Assembly (NCBI GenBank): GCA_037442085.1
Contig: JBBIQY010000005.1
Span: forward strand, 715-64,714
From: Anaerolineae bacterium
Lineage (GTDB): Bacteria; Chloroflexota; Anaerolineae; Anaerolineales; UBA6663
Reading direction: 5' to 3'
Length of the DNA stretch: 64,000 nt
The translations under genes were made by a program, and so were the position numbers. The notes under the pieces are model-generated. The model worked only from the letters and a program-made list of their open reading frames with translations, searched no databases and was not told the DNA's origin. Positions 10,483 through 19,537 of this stretch are shown here, piece by piece (positions within the stretch are counted from its first letter, which is position 1; every line of letters starts with the position of its first letter).

Positions 10483-11157
10483 GTGCCCGTGCCCCATTAC
10501 CTACTATTGTATGGCCCGCCCGGCGCGGGCAAGGGCACTCAAGCGCAGATCCTGACGGCGGAGTACGGGCTGCCGCAGGTGGCCTCGGGCGACCTTTTTC
10601 GCGACCATCTGAAGCGGATGACGCCGCTCGGCCAGTTGGCCAAGCAGTACATGGACAAGGGCGAGCTGGTTCCCGATGATGTGACGGTGCGCATGATCCG
10701 CGATCGGCTGTCTCAGCCGGATGCGATAGCCGGCGCGTTGCTGGACGGCTTCCCGCGCACCATTCCGCAGGCCGAGGCGCTCGACCGCCTGCTGGCCGAG
10801 TTCGGCGGCAAGGTGGATGTGGTGCTCTCGATCCGGGTGCGTGAGAGTGTGCTGTTGGAGCGGCTCGCGTCTCGCTACGTCTGCCGCGGCCCGCAGCAGC
10901 ATGTGTTCAACAGCATCACCAACCCGCCGAAGATGGCGGGTCGGTGTGATGTGTGCGGCGCCGATCTATTTCAGCGCGACGATGACAAAGCCGAGGTGCA
11001 GGCCCGGCGCATCGAAGTGTTTTTGGAGCAGACCGCGCCGCTAGCCGACTTTTATCGTCGGCGCGGGCAACTGGTGGAGATTGACGGCGAGCAGCCGGTG
11101 GCGGCGGTAACCGAGCAGGTGCGGGCCGCCGTGAAACGCGCCTTCGCGGAGAAATGA
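10483..11157 (+). CDS. adk: Adenylate kinase (long lid type)
   Basis: GTG start; P-loop GPPGAGKGTQ; lid segment C..(x)..CDVCG...QRDDD. Confidence 0.93.
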   Translation: MPVPHYLLLYGPPGAGKGTQAQILTAEYGLPQVASGDLFRDHLKRMTPLGQLAKQYMDKGELVPDDVTVRMIRDRLSQPDAIAGALLDGFPRTIPQAEALDRLLAEFGGKVDVVLSIRVRESVLLERLASRYVCRGPQQHVFNSITNPPKMAGRCDVCGADLFQRDDDKAEVQARRIEVFLEQTAPLADFYRRRGQLVEIDGEQPVAAVTEQVRAAVKRAFAEK

Positions 11158-11948
11158 AGCGCGCCTTCGGCGATCAGCGCGGCTGGCACAAGGGCGTCGA
11201 GCTGAAGAGCGCCCGCGAGTTGGCGGTGATGCGCCAGGCAGGCCGGATCGCAGCGCTGGCGCTGGCCGAAATGCAGGCCAGGCTGAAGCCGGGAGTGACC
11301 GGCCGGCAATTGGACGCTCTCGCGGAGAAAGTGATCGCGCAGCACAAGGGCCGGCCAGCATTCAAAGGTTATCCGGGGCCGTATCCCTATCCGTTCAGCA
11401 CCACCATCTCGATCAACGAGCAGTTGGTGCACAGCCTGCCGACGAAGCGCGAGATTCGCGACGGCGACCTGGTGACGCTGGACTGTGGAGTGCTGTTCGA
11501 AGGGTTCTACGCCGACGCCGCGGTGAGCGTTGGGGTAGGGCGCTGTTCGCCCGAGGTGGCGCAACTGCTCGCCGTCACCGAGCAGGCGCTGTATCAGGGA
11601 ATTGCGCAGGCGCGGCCCGGCAACCATGTTGGCGATGTGTCAGCAGCCATCCAGCAGGTTGTGGAGAGCCGCGGTTATCGGCTGGCGCGCGAGTATACCG
11701 GGCACGGCATTGGCCGGCACATGCACGAAGACCCGGAAGTGCCGAACCTGGGCCGGGCCGGCACCGGGCGGCTGTGGCGGCCCGGCATGGTGGTCGCCAT
11801 TGAGCCGATGGTTCTCGTCGGTCAGGATGAGACGGTGACTCAGCCCGACAAGTGGACGGTCGTCTCCGCCGATGGTTCGCTAACCTGCCATTTTGAACAC
11901 ACGGTGGCGGTCACGGATGGCGAGCCCGAGATATTGACAAAGTTGTGA
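11154..11948 (+). CDS. map: Methionine aminopeptidase, type I
   Basis: ATGA overlap with adk; 264 aa; HGIGRHMHEDPEVPN and FEHTVAVT motifs. Confidence 0.93.
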   Translation: MKRAFGDQRGWHKGVELKSARELAVMRQAGRIAALALAEMQARLKPGVTGRQLDALAEKVIAQHKGRPAFKGYPGPYPYPFSTTISINEQLVHSLPTKREIRDGDLVTLDCGVLFEGFYADAAVSVGVGRCSPEVAQLLAVTEQALYQGIAQARPGNHVGDVSAAIQQVVESRGYRLAREYTGHGIGRHMHEDPEVPNLGRAGTGRLWRPGMVVAIEPMVLVGQDETVTQPDKWTVVSADGSLTCHFEHTVAVTDGEPEILTKL

Positions 11949-11955
11949 TTTGCCC

Positions 11956-11984
11956 TAGACCTAACGTAGGGCGCTGAGTATAAT
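11956..11984 (+). promoter_or_regulatory. Candidate internal promoter for rpmJ-rpsM-rpsK-rpsD-rpoA-rplQ
   Basis: TAGACC (11956-61), 17-nt spacer, TATAAT (11979-84) in the 101-nt map-rpmJ spacer. Confidence 0.4.
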
Positions 11985-12049
11985 TCGCGTTCGCGCCCCG
12001 CGCCGGGTTTGAAGTTTCTACCGGGCGCGCCTGCGCAGGAGTTATGACG

Positions 12050-12163
12050 ATGAAAGTCCAAGCCTCTGTTCGCAAACGTTGCGCCAAATGCAAGATCGTG
12101 CGCCGGCGTCGGCGTGTCTACGTTATCTGTACCGACCCGACGCACAAGCAGCGGCAAGGCTGA
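12050..12163 (+). CDS. rpmJ: 50S ribosomal protein L36 (missing from ORF track, below size cutoff)
   Basis: Hand translation [37 protein letters not shown]; AGGAG 9 nt upstream; canonical position before rpsM. Confidence 0.93.
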   Translation: MKVQASVRKRCAKCKIVRRRRRVYVICTDPTHKQRQG

Positions 12164-12176
12164 GAGGAAAGTATCT

Positions 12177-12563
12177 ATGCGTATCGAAGGTGTTGACCTG
12201 CCACGCGACAAGCGCGTCGAATACGGCCTGACCTATCTGTACGGCATTGGCCTAAAGTCGGCCCAAGACATCCTGGCGGCGACCAAGGTCAATCCGAGCA
12301 CGCGCGTCAAGGACTTAACCGAGGCGGAACAGACTGCTATCCGCGAGTACATTGCCCAGCACTACCAAGTGGAAGGCGATTTGCGTCGCGAGGTGCAACT
12401 CAACATCAAGCGGCTGATGGAGATCGGCTGTTACCGCGGCCTGCGGCACCGACGTAACCTGCCGGTACGCGGCCAACGCACGCGCACCAACTCGCGCACG
12501 CGCAAGGGCGCCAAGAAAACGGTGGCCGGGCGAGGCCGGCGGCGCGGCGCCAAGAAGAAGTAA
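12177..12563 (+). CDS. rpsM: 30S ribosomal protein S13
   Basis: Track ORF trimmed to ATG 12177 ([25 protein letters not shown]...). Confidence 0.95.
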   Translation: MRIEGVDLPRDKRVEYGLTYLYGIGLKSAQDILAATKVNPSTRVKDLTEAEQTAIREYIAQHYQVEGDLRREVQLNIKRLMEIGCYRGLRHRRNLPVRGQRTRTNSRTRKGAKKTVAGRGRRRGAKKK

Positions 12564-12698
12564 TTGTGGCCGATGGCGAACGGCTGAGGGTAGGTGGTCT
12601 GGCCGATCACATTCGGGCTCCTTCCGGCCCGCGGCTGTGTGACCGGCCTGGTAACACGATCTGCACTCTGTAAGACGCCAGAAGCTAAGTGAGGCACA

Positions 12699-13100
12699 AT
12701 GGCTCGTCCAACTAAAGTCACTCGGCGCGCTTCCGGCCAGAAGAAGAAGTCGGCCCCGGCCTTTGGCCAGGCGCACATCTTCGCGTCGTTCAACAACACC
12801 ATTGTCACTTTCACCGACCAACAGGGCCAGACCATCTGCTGGAGTTCGGCGGGCACGGCCGGGTTCAAGGGCTCGCGCAAGAGCACGCCCTACGCGGCCC
12901 GCATGGCCGCCCAACAGGCCGCGCAGCAGGCCCAAAACCTGGGCATGGCCGAGGTGGACCTGTTTATCAAAGGCCCCGGCCCGGGCCGCGAGTCTGCGAT
13001 CCGCGCCATTCAAAGCGTCGGGCTGAAGGTGCGCTCGATCAACGACGTGACCCCCATCCCGCACAACGGCTGCCGCCCGCCGAAAAAGCGACGCGTCTGA
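12699..13100 (+). CDS. rpsK: 30S ribosomal protein S11
   Basis: 133 aa; [18 protein letters not shown]...; preceded by GTGAGG. Confidence 0.96.
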   Translation: MARPTKVTRRASGQKKKSAPAFGQAHIFASFNNTIVTFTDQQGQTICWSSAGTAGFKGSRKSTPYAARMAAQQAAQQAQNLGMAEVDLFIKGPGPGRESAIRAIQSVGLKVRSINDVTPIPHNGCRPPKKRRV

Positions 13101-13118
13101 TTCATCGGAAGGAAACGT

Positions 13119-13769
13119 ATGGCGAAATATACCGGCCCCGTCTGTCGCCTCTGCCGGCGCGAGGGCGAGAAACTCTATTTGAAAGGCTCCCGCTGCATCT
13201 CCGGGAAGTGCCCCTTTGATCGTCAGGACAAGACGCGCGATTTTCCGCCCGGCCTACATGGCCGTGATACGCAATTCAAGCGAAGTCGCTCGTCGGACTA
13301 CCTGAACCAGCTGCGCGAAAAGCAGAAGGCGCGCCGCATGTACGGTGTGCTGGAGGCGCAGTTCCGTCGCTACTACGAACTGGCGCTCAAGAGCCGCGGC
13401 GTCACCGGCCAGATGCTCCTCCAGTTGCTGGAACGTCGGCTGGATAATGTGCTCTACCGTCTGGGCTATGCCTCCAGCCGCGCCCAAGCCCGCCAGCTCA
13501 TCACGCATGGCCACTTCCTGGTCAACAAACGCCGCGCCAGCATCCCGTCAATGCTGGTGAAGCCGGGCGACACGATTGAAGTCCGACCTGCGTCGCAGCG
13601 GTTGGACTATTTCAAGTTGCTGAAGGAGTCCGATGAGCCGCGCTCGGCCCCGGCCTGGCTGATCCGCGACTGGAAAACTCTGTCCGCGCAAGTGAGCAAG
13701 CTACCGGCGCGCGAGGAAATTGACTCCCGACTAAACGAACAGCTCATCGTCGAATACTACTCGCGCTAA
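13119..13769 (+). CDS. rpsD: 30S ribosomal protein S4
   Basis: MAKYTGPVCRLCRREGEKLYLKG...; S4 domain LDNVLYRLGYASSRAQARQLITHGHF. Confidence 0.96.
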   Translation: MAKYTGPVCRLCRREGEKLYLKGSRCISGKCPFDRQDKTRDFPPGLHGRDTQFKRSRSSDYLNQLREKQKARRMYGVLEAQFRRYYELALKSRGVTGQMLLQLLERRLDNVLYRLGYASSRAQARQLITHGHFLVNKRRASIPSMLVKPGDTIEVRPASQRLDYFKLLKESDEPRSAPAWLIRDWKTLSAQVSKLPAREEIDSRLNEQLIVEYYSR

Positions 13770-13813
13770 ACGGCGGCCGGCCCGGCCGACTTTCGTCGGG
13801 AGGAAAAGGACCT

Positions 13814-14788
13814 ATGAGCGTCACCAACAACATGGTTCTGCCCAAGATCGAGGGCGAGAACATTTCGCGGAACTATGGCAAGTTCATCATCAGCCCGCTC
13901 GAAAGCGGCTATGGTGTCACGCTGGGCAATGCGCTGCGCCGCGTGCTGCTCTCCTCGCTAGAGGGCGCAGCCGTCAGCTCGGTGCGCGTCTCCGATGTGC
14001 CGCACGAGTTCTCCGACATCCCCGGGGTGAAGGAGGACATGACCCAGTTGCTGCTGCAACTCAAGCAACTGCGCCTGATCCTGCACGAGGGCGAGACGGC
14101 ACGCCTGCGCCTCGACGTACAGGGCGAGGGCGAAGTGACCGCCGCCGACATCATCTGCCCGTCGGAAGTCGAGATCGTGAACCCGGACTTGTACCTGTTC
14201 ACGGTAGACAATGACAAGACGCGGCTGGAGATCGAGATGACCGTACAGCGCGGGCGTGGCTACTCGCCGGCGGAAGAACGTGGGCGGCTGCCGATCGGCG
14301 AGGTGCCGGTGGATGCCATCTACAGCCCGATCAAGCGCGTTGCCTTCGACGTGCAGCGCGCGCGCGTCGGCCAGAATACCAACTACGACCGGCTGATCAT
14401 CGAAGTCTGGTCGGACGGCACGCTGCGACCGGAGGCAGCGCTCAAGCAGAGCGCCCAGATCCTCATCTCGCACCTGCGGATGATCGCCGGCGTGACCGAG
14501 GAGTCGCTTGCGCCGGTGGCGCCGACCGAAGAAGCGCCGAGGTTGTCGAGCGAGGTCTATGAAATGCCGATCGAGAACCTCGACCTGTCGGTGCGCGTGT
14601 TCAATTCGCTCAAGCGCACGGGCATCACCACCGTCGGCGAGGTGCTCGATATGCTCAATAAGGGCGAAGAAGCCATGCTGGCCATTCGCAACTTCGGCGA
14701 CAAGAGCCTGGACGAGCTGCGCGTCAAACTGCGTGAGAAGGGTTATCTCAAGGACGAGCCGAAGTCCGAGGTGGAGGGTCAACGATGA
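13814..14788 (+). CDS. rpoA: DNA-directed RNA polymerase subunit alpha
   Basis: 324 aa; GYGVTLGNALRRVLLSSLEGAAV; C-terminal LDLSVRVFNSLKRTGITTVGEV. Confidence 0.96.
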   Translation: MSVTNNMVLPKIEGENISRNYGKFIISPLESGYGVTLGNALRRVLLSSLEGAAVSSVRVSDVPHEFSDIPGVKEDMTQLLLQLKQLRLILHEGETARLRLDVQGEGEVTAADIICPSEVEIVNPDLYLFTVDNDKTRLEIEMTVQRGRGYSPAEERGRLPIGEVPVDAIYSPIKRVAFDVQRARVGQNTNYDRLIIEVWSDGTLRPEAALKQSAQILISHLRMIAGVTEESLAPVAPTEEAPRLSSEVYEMPIENLDLSVRVFNSLKRTGITTVGEVLDMLNKGEEAMLAIRNFGDKSLDELRVKLREKGYLKDEPKSEVEGQR

Positions 14789-15183
14789 AGCATCGTGTTG
14801 CCGGTCGGAAGCTGGGGCGCTCGCTGGGACAGCGCAACTCCCTGCGACGCACCCTCATCCGCCAACTCCTGGAACATGAACGGATCCGGACCACCGAGGC
14901 CAAGGCGAAGTTCATTCGCGGCGAGGTGGAAAAACTGGTGACCGTGGCCAAGCGCGGCCTGAAGGCCAGCGCCGAGGATACGCCCCTCGCCAAAGCCCGG
15001 GCCGTGCACGCTCGACGTCAGATCAAAGCCAGCCTGAACAGCGATTCGCTGGTGAAGAAGATGTTCGACACGCTGGCCCCGCGCTACGAGAAGCGCCCCG
15101 GCGGCTATACGCGCATCCTCAAGCTCGGCCCGCGCCTGGGCGATGCAGCCGAGATGGTGCTGATCGAGTTTGTGGAGGAGTAA
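14785..15183 (+). CDS. rplQ: 50S ribosomal protein L17
   Basis: ATGA overlap with rpoA; MKHRVAGRKLGRSLGQRNSLRRTL... Confidence 0.95.
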   Translation: MKHRVAGRKLGRSLGQRNSLRRTLIRQLLEHERIRTTEAKAKFIRGEVEKLVTVAKRGLKASAEDTPLAKARAVHARRQIKASLNSDSLVKKMFDTLAPRYEKRPGGYTRILKLGPRLGDAAEMVLIEFVEE

Positions 15184-15185
15184 AA

Positions 15186-15224
15186 ATCTCTAATCTCCAG
15201 ATTCGAAGATCGGAGACTGGAGAT
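15186..15224. repeat. Palindromic word-repeat element (AATCTCC ... GGAGACTGGAGAT) between rplQ and truA
   Basis: ATCTCCAG (15192-99) pairs with CTGGAGAT (15217-24) around a TTCGAA centre; same word family as 626-692. Confidence 0.55.
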
Positions 15225-15226
15225 GC

Positions 15227-15964
15227 GTGATGTCCCGCTATCGCGCCGTCGTCGAATACGACGGCACGGAGTTTCTCGGTTTTCAGCGGCAGGCGCAGGG
15301 GCGCACCGTGCAGGGCGAATTGGAGCATGGCCTGCGCCGGATCGGTTGGAACGGCACGGCAGTGCTCGGGGCAGGGCGCACGGACTCAGGCGTCCATGCC
15401 GTCGGACAGGTGATCGCCTTCGACTTGGCGTGGCAGCACGGCGAAGCGGCCTTGTTGCGGGCGCTCAATGCCAGCCTGCCCGCCGATGTGAGCGTGAAGG
15501 CGGTAGAGGTGTGCGCGCCGGGGTTTCATCCGCGGTACGAGGCAAAGGCGCGGCGCTACCGTTACACGCTCTACCTGGCGCCGGTGCGCTCACCGCTGAA
15601 GGCGCGTTACGCCTGGAACATTGCCACGCCGCTCGATCTGGCGGCACTGCGCCAGGCCAGCGCACTGGTGTTGGGTGCGCACGACTTTGCGACGTTCGGA
15701 ACGGACCCCGACAACGGCAGTAACACCGTCCGGACGGTCAGCATCGCGGAGTGGCGACGCACGGACGATGGGTTGACCTTTGACATTCAGGCTGAGGCCT
15801 TTCTGTACCGGATGGTGCGGAGCCTCGTCGGCGCCCTGAAACGGGTGGGCGCCGGCGAACTGAGCCTGGCGGCTTTTGCAGACCTGCTGCACGCCCGCGA
15901 CCGGGCGCAGTGCCCGCCGCCGGCTCCGCCGCACGGCCTGTGCTTGCTGGAAGTGATTTATTGA
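15227..15964 (+). CDS. truA: tRNA pseudouridine(38-40) synthase
   Basis: GTG 15227 / ATG 15230; [18 protein letters not shown]...[11 protein letters not shown] catalytic Asp motif. Confidence 0.92.
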   Translation: MMSRYRAVVEYDGTEFLGFQRQAQGRTVQGELEHGLRRIGWNGTAVLGAGRTDSGVHAVGQVIAFDLAWQHGEAALLRALNASLPADVSVKAVEVCAPGFHPRYEAKARRYRYTLYLAPVRSPLKARYAWNIATPLDLAALRQASALVLGAHDFATFGTDPDNGSNTVRTVSIAEWRRTDDGLTFDIQAEAFLYRMVRSLVGALKRVGAGELSLAAFADLLHARDRAQCPPPAPPHGLCLLEVIY

Positions 15965-16029
15965 GTGAAGGAGATGCAGATACCGAGGGAATCGAGTTCC
16001 CTCGAGTTCCTGTGGCTCCGAGGATGACC

Positions 16030-16467
16030 ATGACTGTGAACAAGACGTTCGTCACGAAACCGAGCGACGTTCAGCGCCAGTGGGTGCTGGTGGATGCCGA
16101 CGGCCAGAACCTGGGCCGGCTCGCCACTCAGGTGGCGGCGCTGCTGCGCGGCAAGCACAAGCCGTACTTCACGCCCAGCCTGGACGTGGGCGATTACGTC
16201 GTCGTCGTCAACGCCGAGAAGGTGACGGTGACCGGCGGCAAGCTGCTCGAAAAGGAGTATTACAACTACTCCGGCTACCCGGGTGGCCTGCGCATCACCC
16301 AGCTCAAGGACCAGTTGGCAAAGCACCCGGATCGCGTCATCATTCACGCAGTGAAGGGTATGTTGCCGCACAACAAGCTGGGCCGCGCCATGCTCAAAAA
16401 ACTCAAGGTTTATGCCGGGCCGGAGCATCCGCACAAAGCGCAGACGCCCAGGAAACTCGGCGAGTAA
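16030..16467 (+). CDS. rplM: 50S ribosomal protein L13
   Basis: Track ORF trimmed; ATG 16030 (alt 16024) after GAGG; [28 protein letters not shown]. Confidence 0.93.
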   Translation: MTVNKTFVTKPSDVQRQWVLVDADGQNLGRLATQVAALLRGKHKPYFTPSLDVGDYVVVVNAEKVTVTGGKLLEKEYYNYSGYPGGLRITQLKDQLAKHPDRVIIHAVKGMLPHNKLGRAMLKKLKVYAGPEHPHKAQTPRKLGE

Positions 16468-16479
16468 GGAGAGCACGAC

Positions 16480-16872
16480 ATGGGTTCGCAATACTATGAA
16501 GGCGTTGGCCGCCGTAAGACCAGCACCGCCCGGGCGCGCCTCAGCATCGGCGACGGAACGGTCGTGTGCAATGAGCGCCCTGGTCAGGAGTATTTTGGCC
16601 GGCTGGGTGACCTGGAAGCCGTTGTCGCGCCGATCAAAGCGGTGGGCATGGCGGGCCGCTTCACCGTCAGCCTGCGCGTCGAGGGCGGTGGGCAGACCGG
16701 GCAGGCGGGCGCGGCGCGCATGGCGATTGCGCGCGCCCTTCTCAAGTTCAACCCGGACTATCGCAAGCCGCTCCGCCGTGGCGGTTATCTGACGCGCGAT
16801 GACCGCGAGAAGGAACGCAAGAAGCCCGGCCTCAAGCGCGCGCGCAAGGCCCCCACGTATACCAAGCGCTAA
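16480..16872 (+). CDS. rpsI: 30S ribosomal protein S9
   Basis: 130 aa; ends ...KKPGLKRARKAPTYTKR. Confidence 0.96.
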   Translation: MGSQYYEGVGRRKTSTARARLSIGDGTVVCNERPGQEYFGRLGDLEAVVAPIKAVGMAGRFTVSLRVEGGGQTGQAGAARMAIARALLKFNPDYRKPLRRGGYLTRDDREKERKKPGLKRARKAPTYTKR

Positions 16873-16894
16873 ACGTCGGCTGTCCGGCGTCCGG

Positions 16895-16927
16895 AGGGAT
16901 TAGGGTATCATGCCCTAATCCCTTTTT
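16895..16927 (+). terminator. Intrinsic terminator closing the ribosomal superoperon
   Basis: 11-bp stem AGGGATTAGGG/CCCTAATCCCT, 7-nt loop, then TTTTT. Confidence 0.85.
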
Positions 16928-16966
16928 GATTCTGGCTCCGCCCGCCAGAAGACAAGGTCGTGACTC

Positions 16967-18418
16967 ATGCCCGCCATCACCATCGTCGGCCTTGGCCCAG
17001 GCAACCCCCGACTTTTGACACGCGAAGCGTGGGAGGCGCTAAGCGTCGCGCCCGAGGTCTACCTGCGCACAGCCCGCCACCCCACCGTTGCCGGATTGCC
17101 CCCAGGCCTCGTCGTGCACGCCTTCGACGATCTCTACGAAACCAGCGCCGATTTCGAGCAGGTCTACGAACGTATCGCGGCGCGCGTCCTGGAATTGGGC
17201 GCACGGCCCGAAGGCGTGGTCTACGCCGTGCCCGGCCACCCGAACGTGGCTGAAGCATCCGTCGCGCTGATTCGGAAAGGGGCGGCGGAGCGCGGTCTGC
17301 CCGTGCGGCTGATTGCCGGGCTGTCGTTCATCGAGCCGGCGCTGGAGGCGTTGGGCGTGGACGCGCTGCCGCACTTGCAACTGGCCGACGCGCTGGAGCT
17401 GGCCGCGCGTCATCATCCCACCTTTCATCCCGATGCGCCTGCGCTCGTTGCGCAGCTCTACTCGGCGGACCTGGCCAGCGACGTGAAACTCACGCTGATG
17501 AACCAATACCCGGATGAGCACCTCGTCCAACTGATCCATGCGGTCAGCACACCGGACGAGCGCGTCGAGACGTTGCCGCTCTATGAGCTGGATCGCAGCC
17601 CGCACATCGCCCACCTGACTGCGCTGTACGTACCGCCGCTGCCGCGCGCCTCCGGCTTCGAGTCCTTTCAGGACATCATCGCCCACCTGCGCGCGCCGGA
17701 AGGCTGCCCGTGGGACCGCGAACAGACCCATCTCAGCCTGCGCCGTTATCTGCTGGAAGAAACCTATGAGGTGTTGCATGCCCTTGACGTGGAGGACATG
17801 GACGCCTTGCGCGGTGAACTCGGCGACCTGCTGCTGCAGATCGTCCTGCACGCGCAGATCGCCACAGAAGCGGGGGCATTCACCATGGCCGATGTGCTCG
17901 CCGACATTCGGGAGAAGATGATCCGCCGCCATCCGCACGTCTTTGGCGCTGTGACCGTGGCCGGAGCAAGTGAGGTGGTGCGGAACTGGGAACAGATCAA
18001 AGCCGAGGAACGCAAAGACCAGCCCGCCCGGGCCGACGGCGCGCTGGGCGAAACGCCGCCCGGTCTGCCGGCGCTGGCCCAGGCCGAGGCGTATCAGAAA
18101 CACGCGGCCAAAGTCGGTTTCGATTGGCCGGATATTACCGGCGTGCGCGCCAAAGTCGAGGAAGAGATCGCCGAAGTGGAAGCCGCGCCCGACGCCGTCG
18201 AACGCGCCAGAGAGATGGGCGACCTGTTGTTCGCAGTGGTCAACTGGGCGCGCTGGCTAAAGGTGGAGCCGGAGACGGCGCTGCGCCAGGCAAACGCGCG
18301 TTTCGCCGCGCGCTTTCTCCAGGTCGAAGCCGCCGCCCGCTCGCAAGGCCGTGCACTGACCGCGCTGACCCTGGCCGAGCTGGACGAGTTGTGGGAGCAG
18401 GCGAAGGCGGCTAAATGA
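16967..18418 (+). CDS. mazG: YabN-type fusion: tetrapyrrole-methylase-like domain + MazG NTP pyrophosphohydrolase
   Basis: N-term ITIVGLGPGNPRLLT; C-term two MazG repeats (LLEETYEVLHAL..., EEEIAEVEAA...GDLLFAVVNWAR). Confidence 0.85.
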   Translation: MPAITIVGLGPGNPRLLTREAWEALSVAPEVYLRTARHPTVAGLPPGLVVHAFDDLYETSADFEQVYERIAARVLELGARPEGVVYAVPGHPNVAEASVALIRKGAAERGLPVRLIAGLSFIEPALEALGVDALPHLQLADALELAARHHPTFHPDAPALVAQLYSADLASDVKLTLMNQYPDEHLVQLIHAVSTPDERVETLPLYELDRSPHIAHLTALYVPPLPRASGFESFQDIIAHLRAPEGCPWDREQTHLSLRRYLLEETYEVLHALDVEDMDALRGELGDLLLQIVLHAQIATEAGAFTMADVLADIREKMIRRHPHVFGAVTVAGASEVVRNWEQIKAEERKDQPARADGALGETPPGLPALAQAEAYQKHAAKVGFDWPDITGVRAKVEEEIAEVEAAPDAVERAREMGDLLFAVVNWARWLKVEPETALRQANARFAARFLQVEAAARSQGRALTALTLAELDELWEQAKAAK

Positions 18419-18491
18419 GGCGACCGCCCCTGACGCCCGGATCAGTCTCGCGCCTCTCTCGACAGGTTACCAGGGCGACTACACCACCGCC

Positions 18492-18956
18492 TCAGCCGGT
18501 CAGTGTGCCGCGCACCCAGTCGCCGATCCAATAGTATTTGAAGTCCTTGCCCTGGCTCGTCTCGATGCCGCCCCATACGCCATACACCAGCGCGCCCAGC
18601 GGTAGCAGGGTGATGGCGCAGGCAATGGGGATGCACAGCAGGCCAATGACTATTGCCGAAAGAGTAGCGGTGAGCGCCCAGGCCATGCCGACCACGGCGC
18701 CGCCGCCGACCCAGAGGATTAACTGCATCACGAAGCTTTGCAGAGAGTGGTAGGCCACATAGCGCGAGCGGTCGCGAAAGATAAAGTAAACAATCAGCGC
18801 CGCGACGGGGCCGAGCGCTCCGGTTACGAGGTTGAGCAACACGCTCAGATGCGCCAGCATCGCCCAGGTGCGCTCATCGGTGGGTGAGAGCGGCGCGGGG
18901 CCATAGGTGGGTGGGGGTGGCGGCGCCTCGCCGGTAGGGGGATAGTTGTCGGTCAT
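18492..18956 (-). CDS. DUF4870-like small membrane protein
   Basis: Trimmed to ATG 18956 after AGGAG; Pro-rich N-term then TWAMLAHLS...RYVAYHSLQS and 3-4 TM helices. Confidence 0.7.
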   Translation of the reverse strand: MTDNYPPTGEAPPPPPTYGPAPLSPTDERTWAMLAHLSVLLNLVTGALGPVAALIVYFIFRDRSRYVAYHSLQSFVMQLILWVGGGAVVGMAWALTATLSAIVIGLLCIPIACAITLLPLGALVYGVWGGIETSQGKDFKYYWIGDWVRGTLTG

Positions 18957-19020
18957 GGTCGTCTCCTGACCAGTCTTACGCACGGGCGCGGGCCGGAGTT
19001 GCGCCAGCCGTGAAGTTAAA

Positions 19021-19043
19021 GAGGCCCGCCTAAAGCGGGCCTC
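19021..19043 (-). terminator. Hairpin downstream of the 19067-19411 gene
   Basis: GAGGCCCGC/GCGGGCCTC 9-bp stem; on minus strand followed by TTTAACTT (weak U tract). Confidence 0.45.
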
Positions 19044-19066
19044 GGCTCGCTATTCGGTTTTTCGCC

Positions 19067-19411
19067 TTATGCCCAGCCTTGATTCTTGACGAAGTCGGTA
19101 ACGACCGGGATGGTCACCGTGCGGCCCTGGTAGGCCTGCACACCCAAATAAACCTGATAGCCAAAGAGGAGCAGACCAGTGCAACACCCGACGAAGAAAG
19201 GCCCAAGCACCACGCCGTTGATGACGGCGATGACGCCCAGGATGAGGGCTTGCGCGTTGTGGCTGCGGATGAAGGGCCGATTCTTCTTGTCCTCGAGCAG
19301 GAGCACGATTATGGGCACGATTGGGCTCAGGATATAGGTCAGCAGGCTCCAAAGCTTGTCATCGCTGGTAATGCCGCCGCTCATATCGCCCATCATCGGT
19401 TGGTCAGTCAT
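19067..19411 (-). CDS. DUF4870-like small membrane protein (paralog of 18492-18956)
   Basis: KLWSLLTYILSPIVPIIVLLLEDKKNRPFIRSHNAQAL; AAGGAG upstream. Confidence 0.7.
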   Translation of the reverse strand: MTDQPMMGDMSGGITSDDKLWSLLTYILSPIVPIIVLLLEDKKNRPFIRSHNAQALILGVIAVINGVVLGPFFVGCCTGLLLFGYQVYLGVQAYQGRTVTIPVVTDFVKNQGWA

Positions 19412-19520
19412 GAGGCTACTCCTTGTGGAAAGAGAAAGGGAAAGAGATTGGCGCTAATTCTAAGCCATTCGAGACGAAGCGCAAGCAGCCGCCGTCGCCC
19501 AAAGTTTGCAGGTGCGGCTG

Positions 19521-19529
19521 TGCTAGAAT
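19521..19529 (+). promoter_or_regulatory. Extended -10 box TGCTAGAAT, 8 nt upstream of fmt ATG (leaderless candidate)
   Basis: TGnTAGAAT match; no Shine-Dalgarno between it and ATG 19538. Confidence 0.35.
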
Positions 19530-19537
19530 GCCGCGCA

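Noticed and set aside
11934-11984. Perfect TTGACA (11934-39) paired with TATAAT (11979-84)
   Set aside because: The spacer would be 39 nt, incompatible with a sigma-70-type promoter. The weaker TAGACC at the proper 17-nt distance is reported instead.
15223-15723. 166-aa alternative-frame ORF overlapping truA. Many similar 60-170-aa overlapping ORFs in the track share this pattern.
   Set aside because: They are out of frame with motif-supported genes, Arg/Pro/Ala-rich, and lack an RBS.
19079-19537. N-terminal 153-aa extension of the fmt ORF in the track
   Set aside because: It runs antisense through the DUF4870-like gene. Fmt homologs begin at the ...RIVFMGTPEFA motif, reached from ATG 19538.
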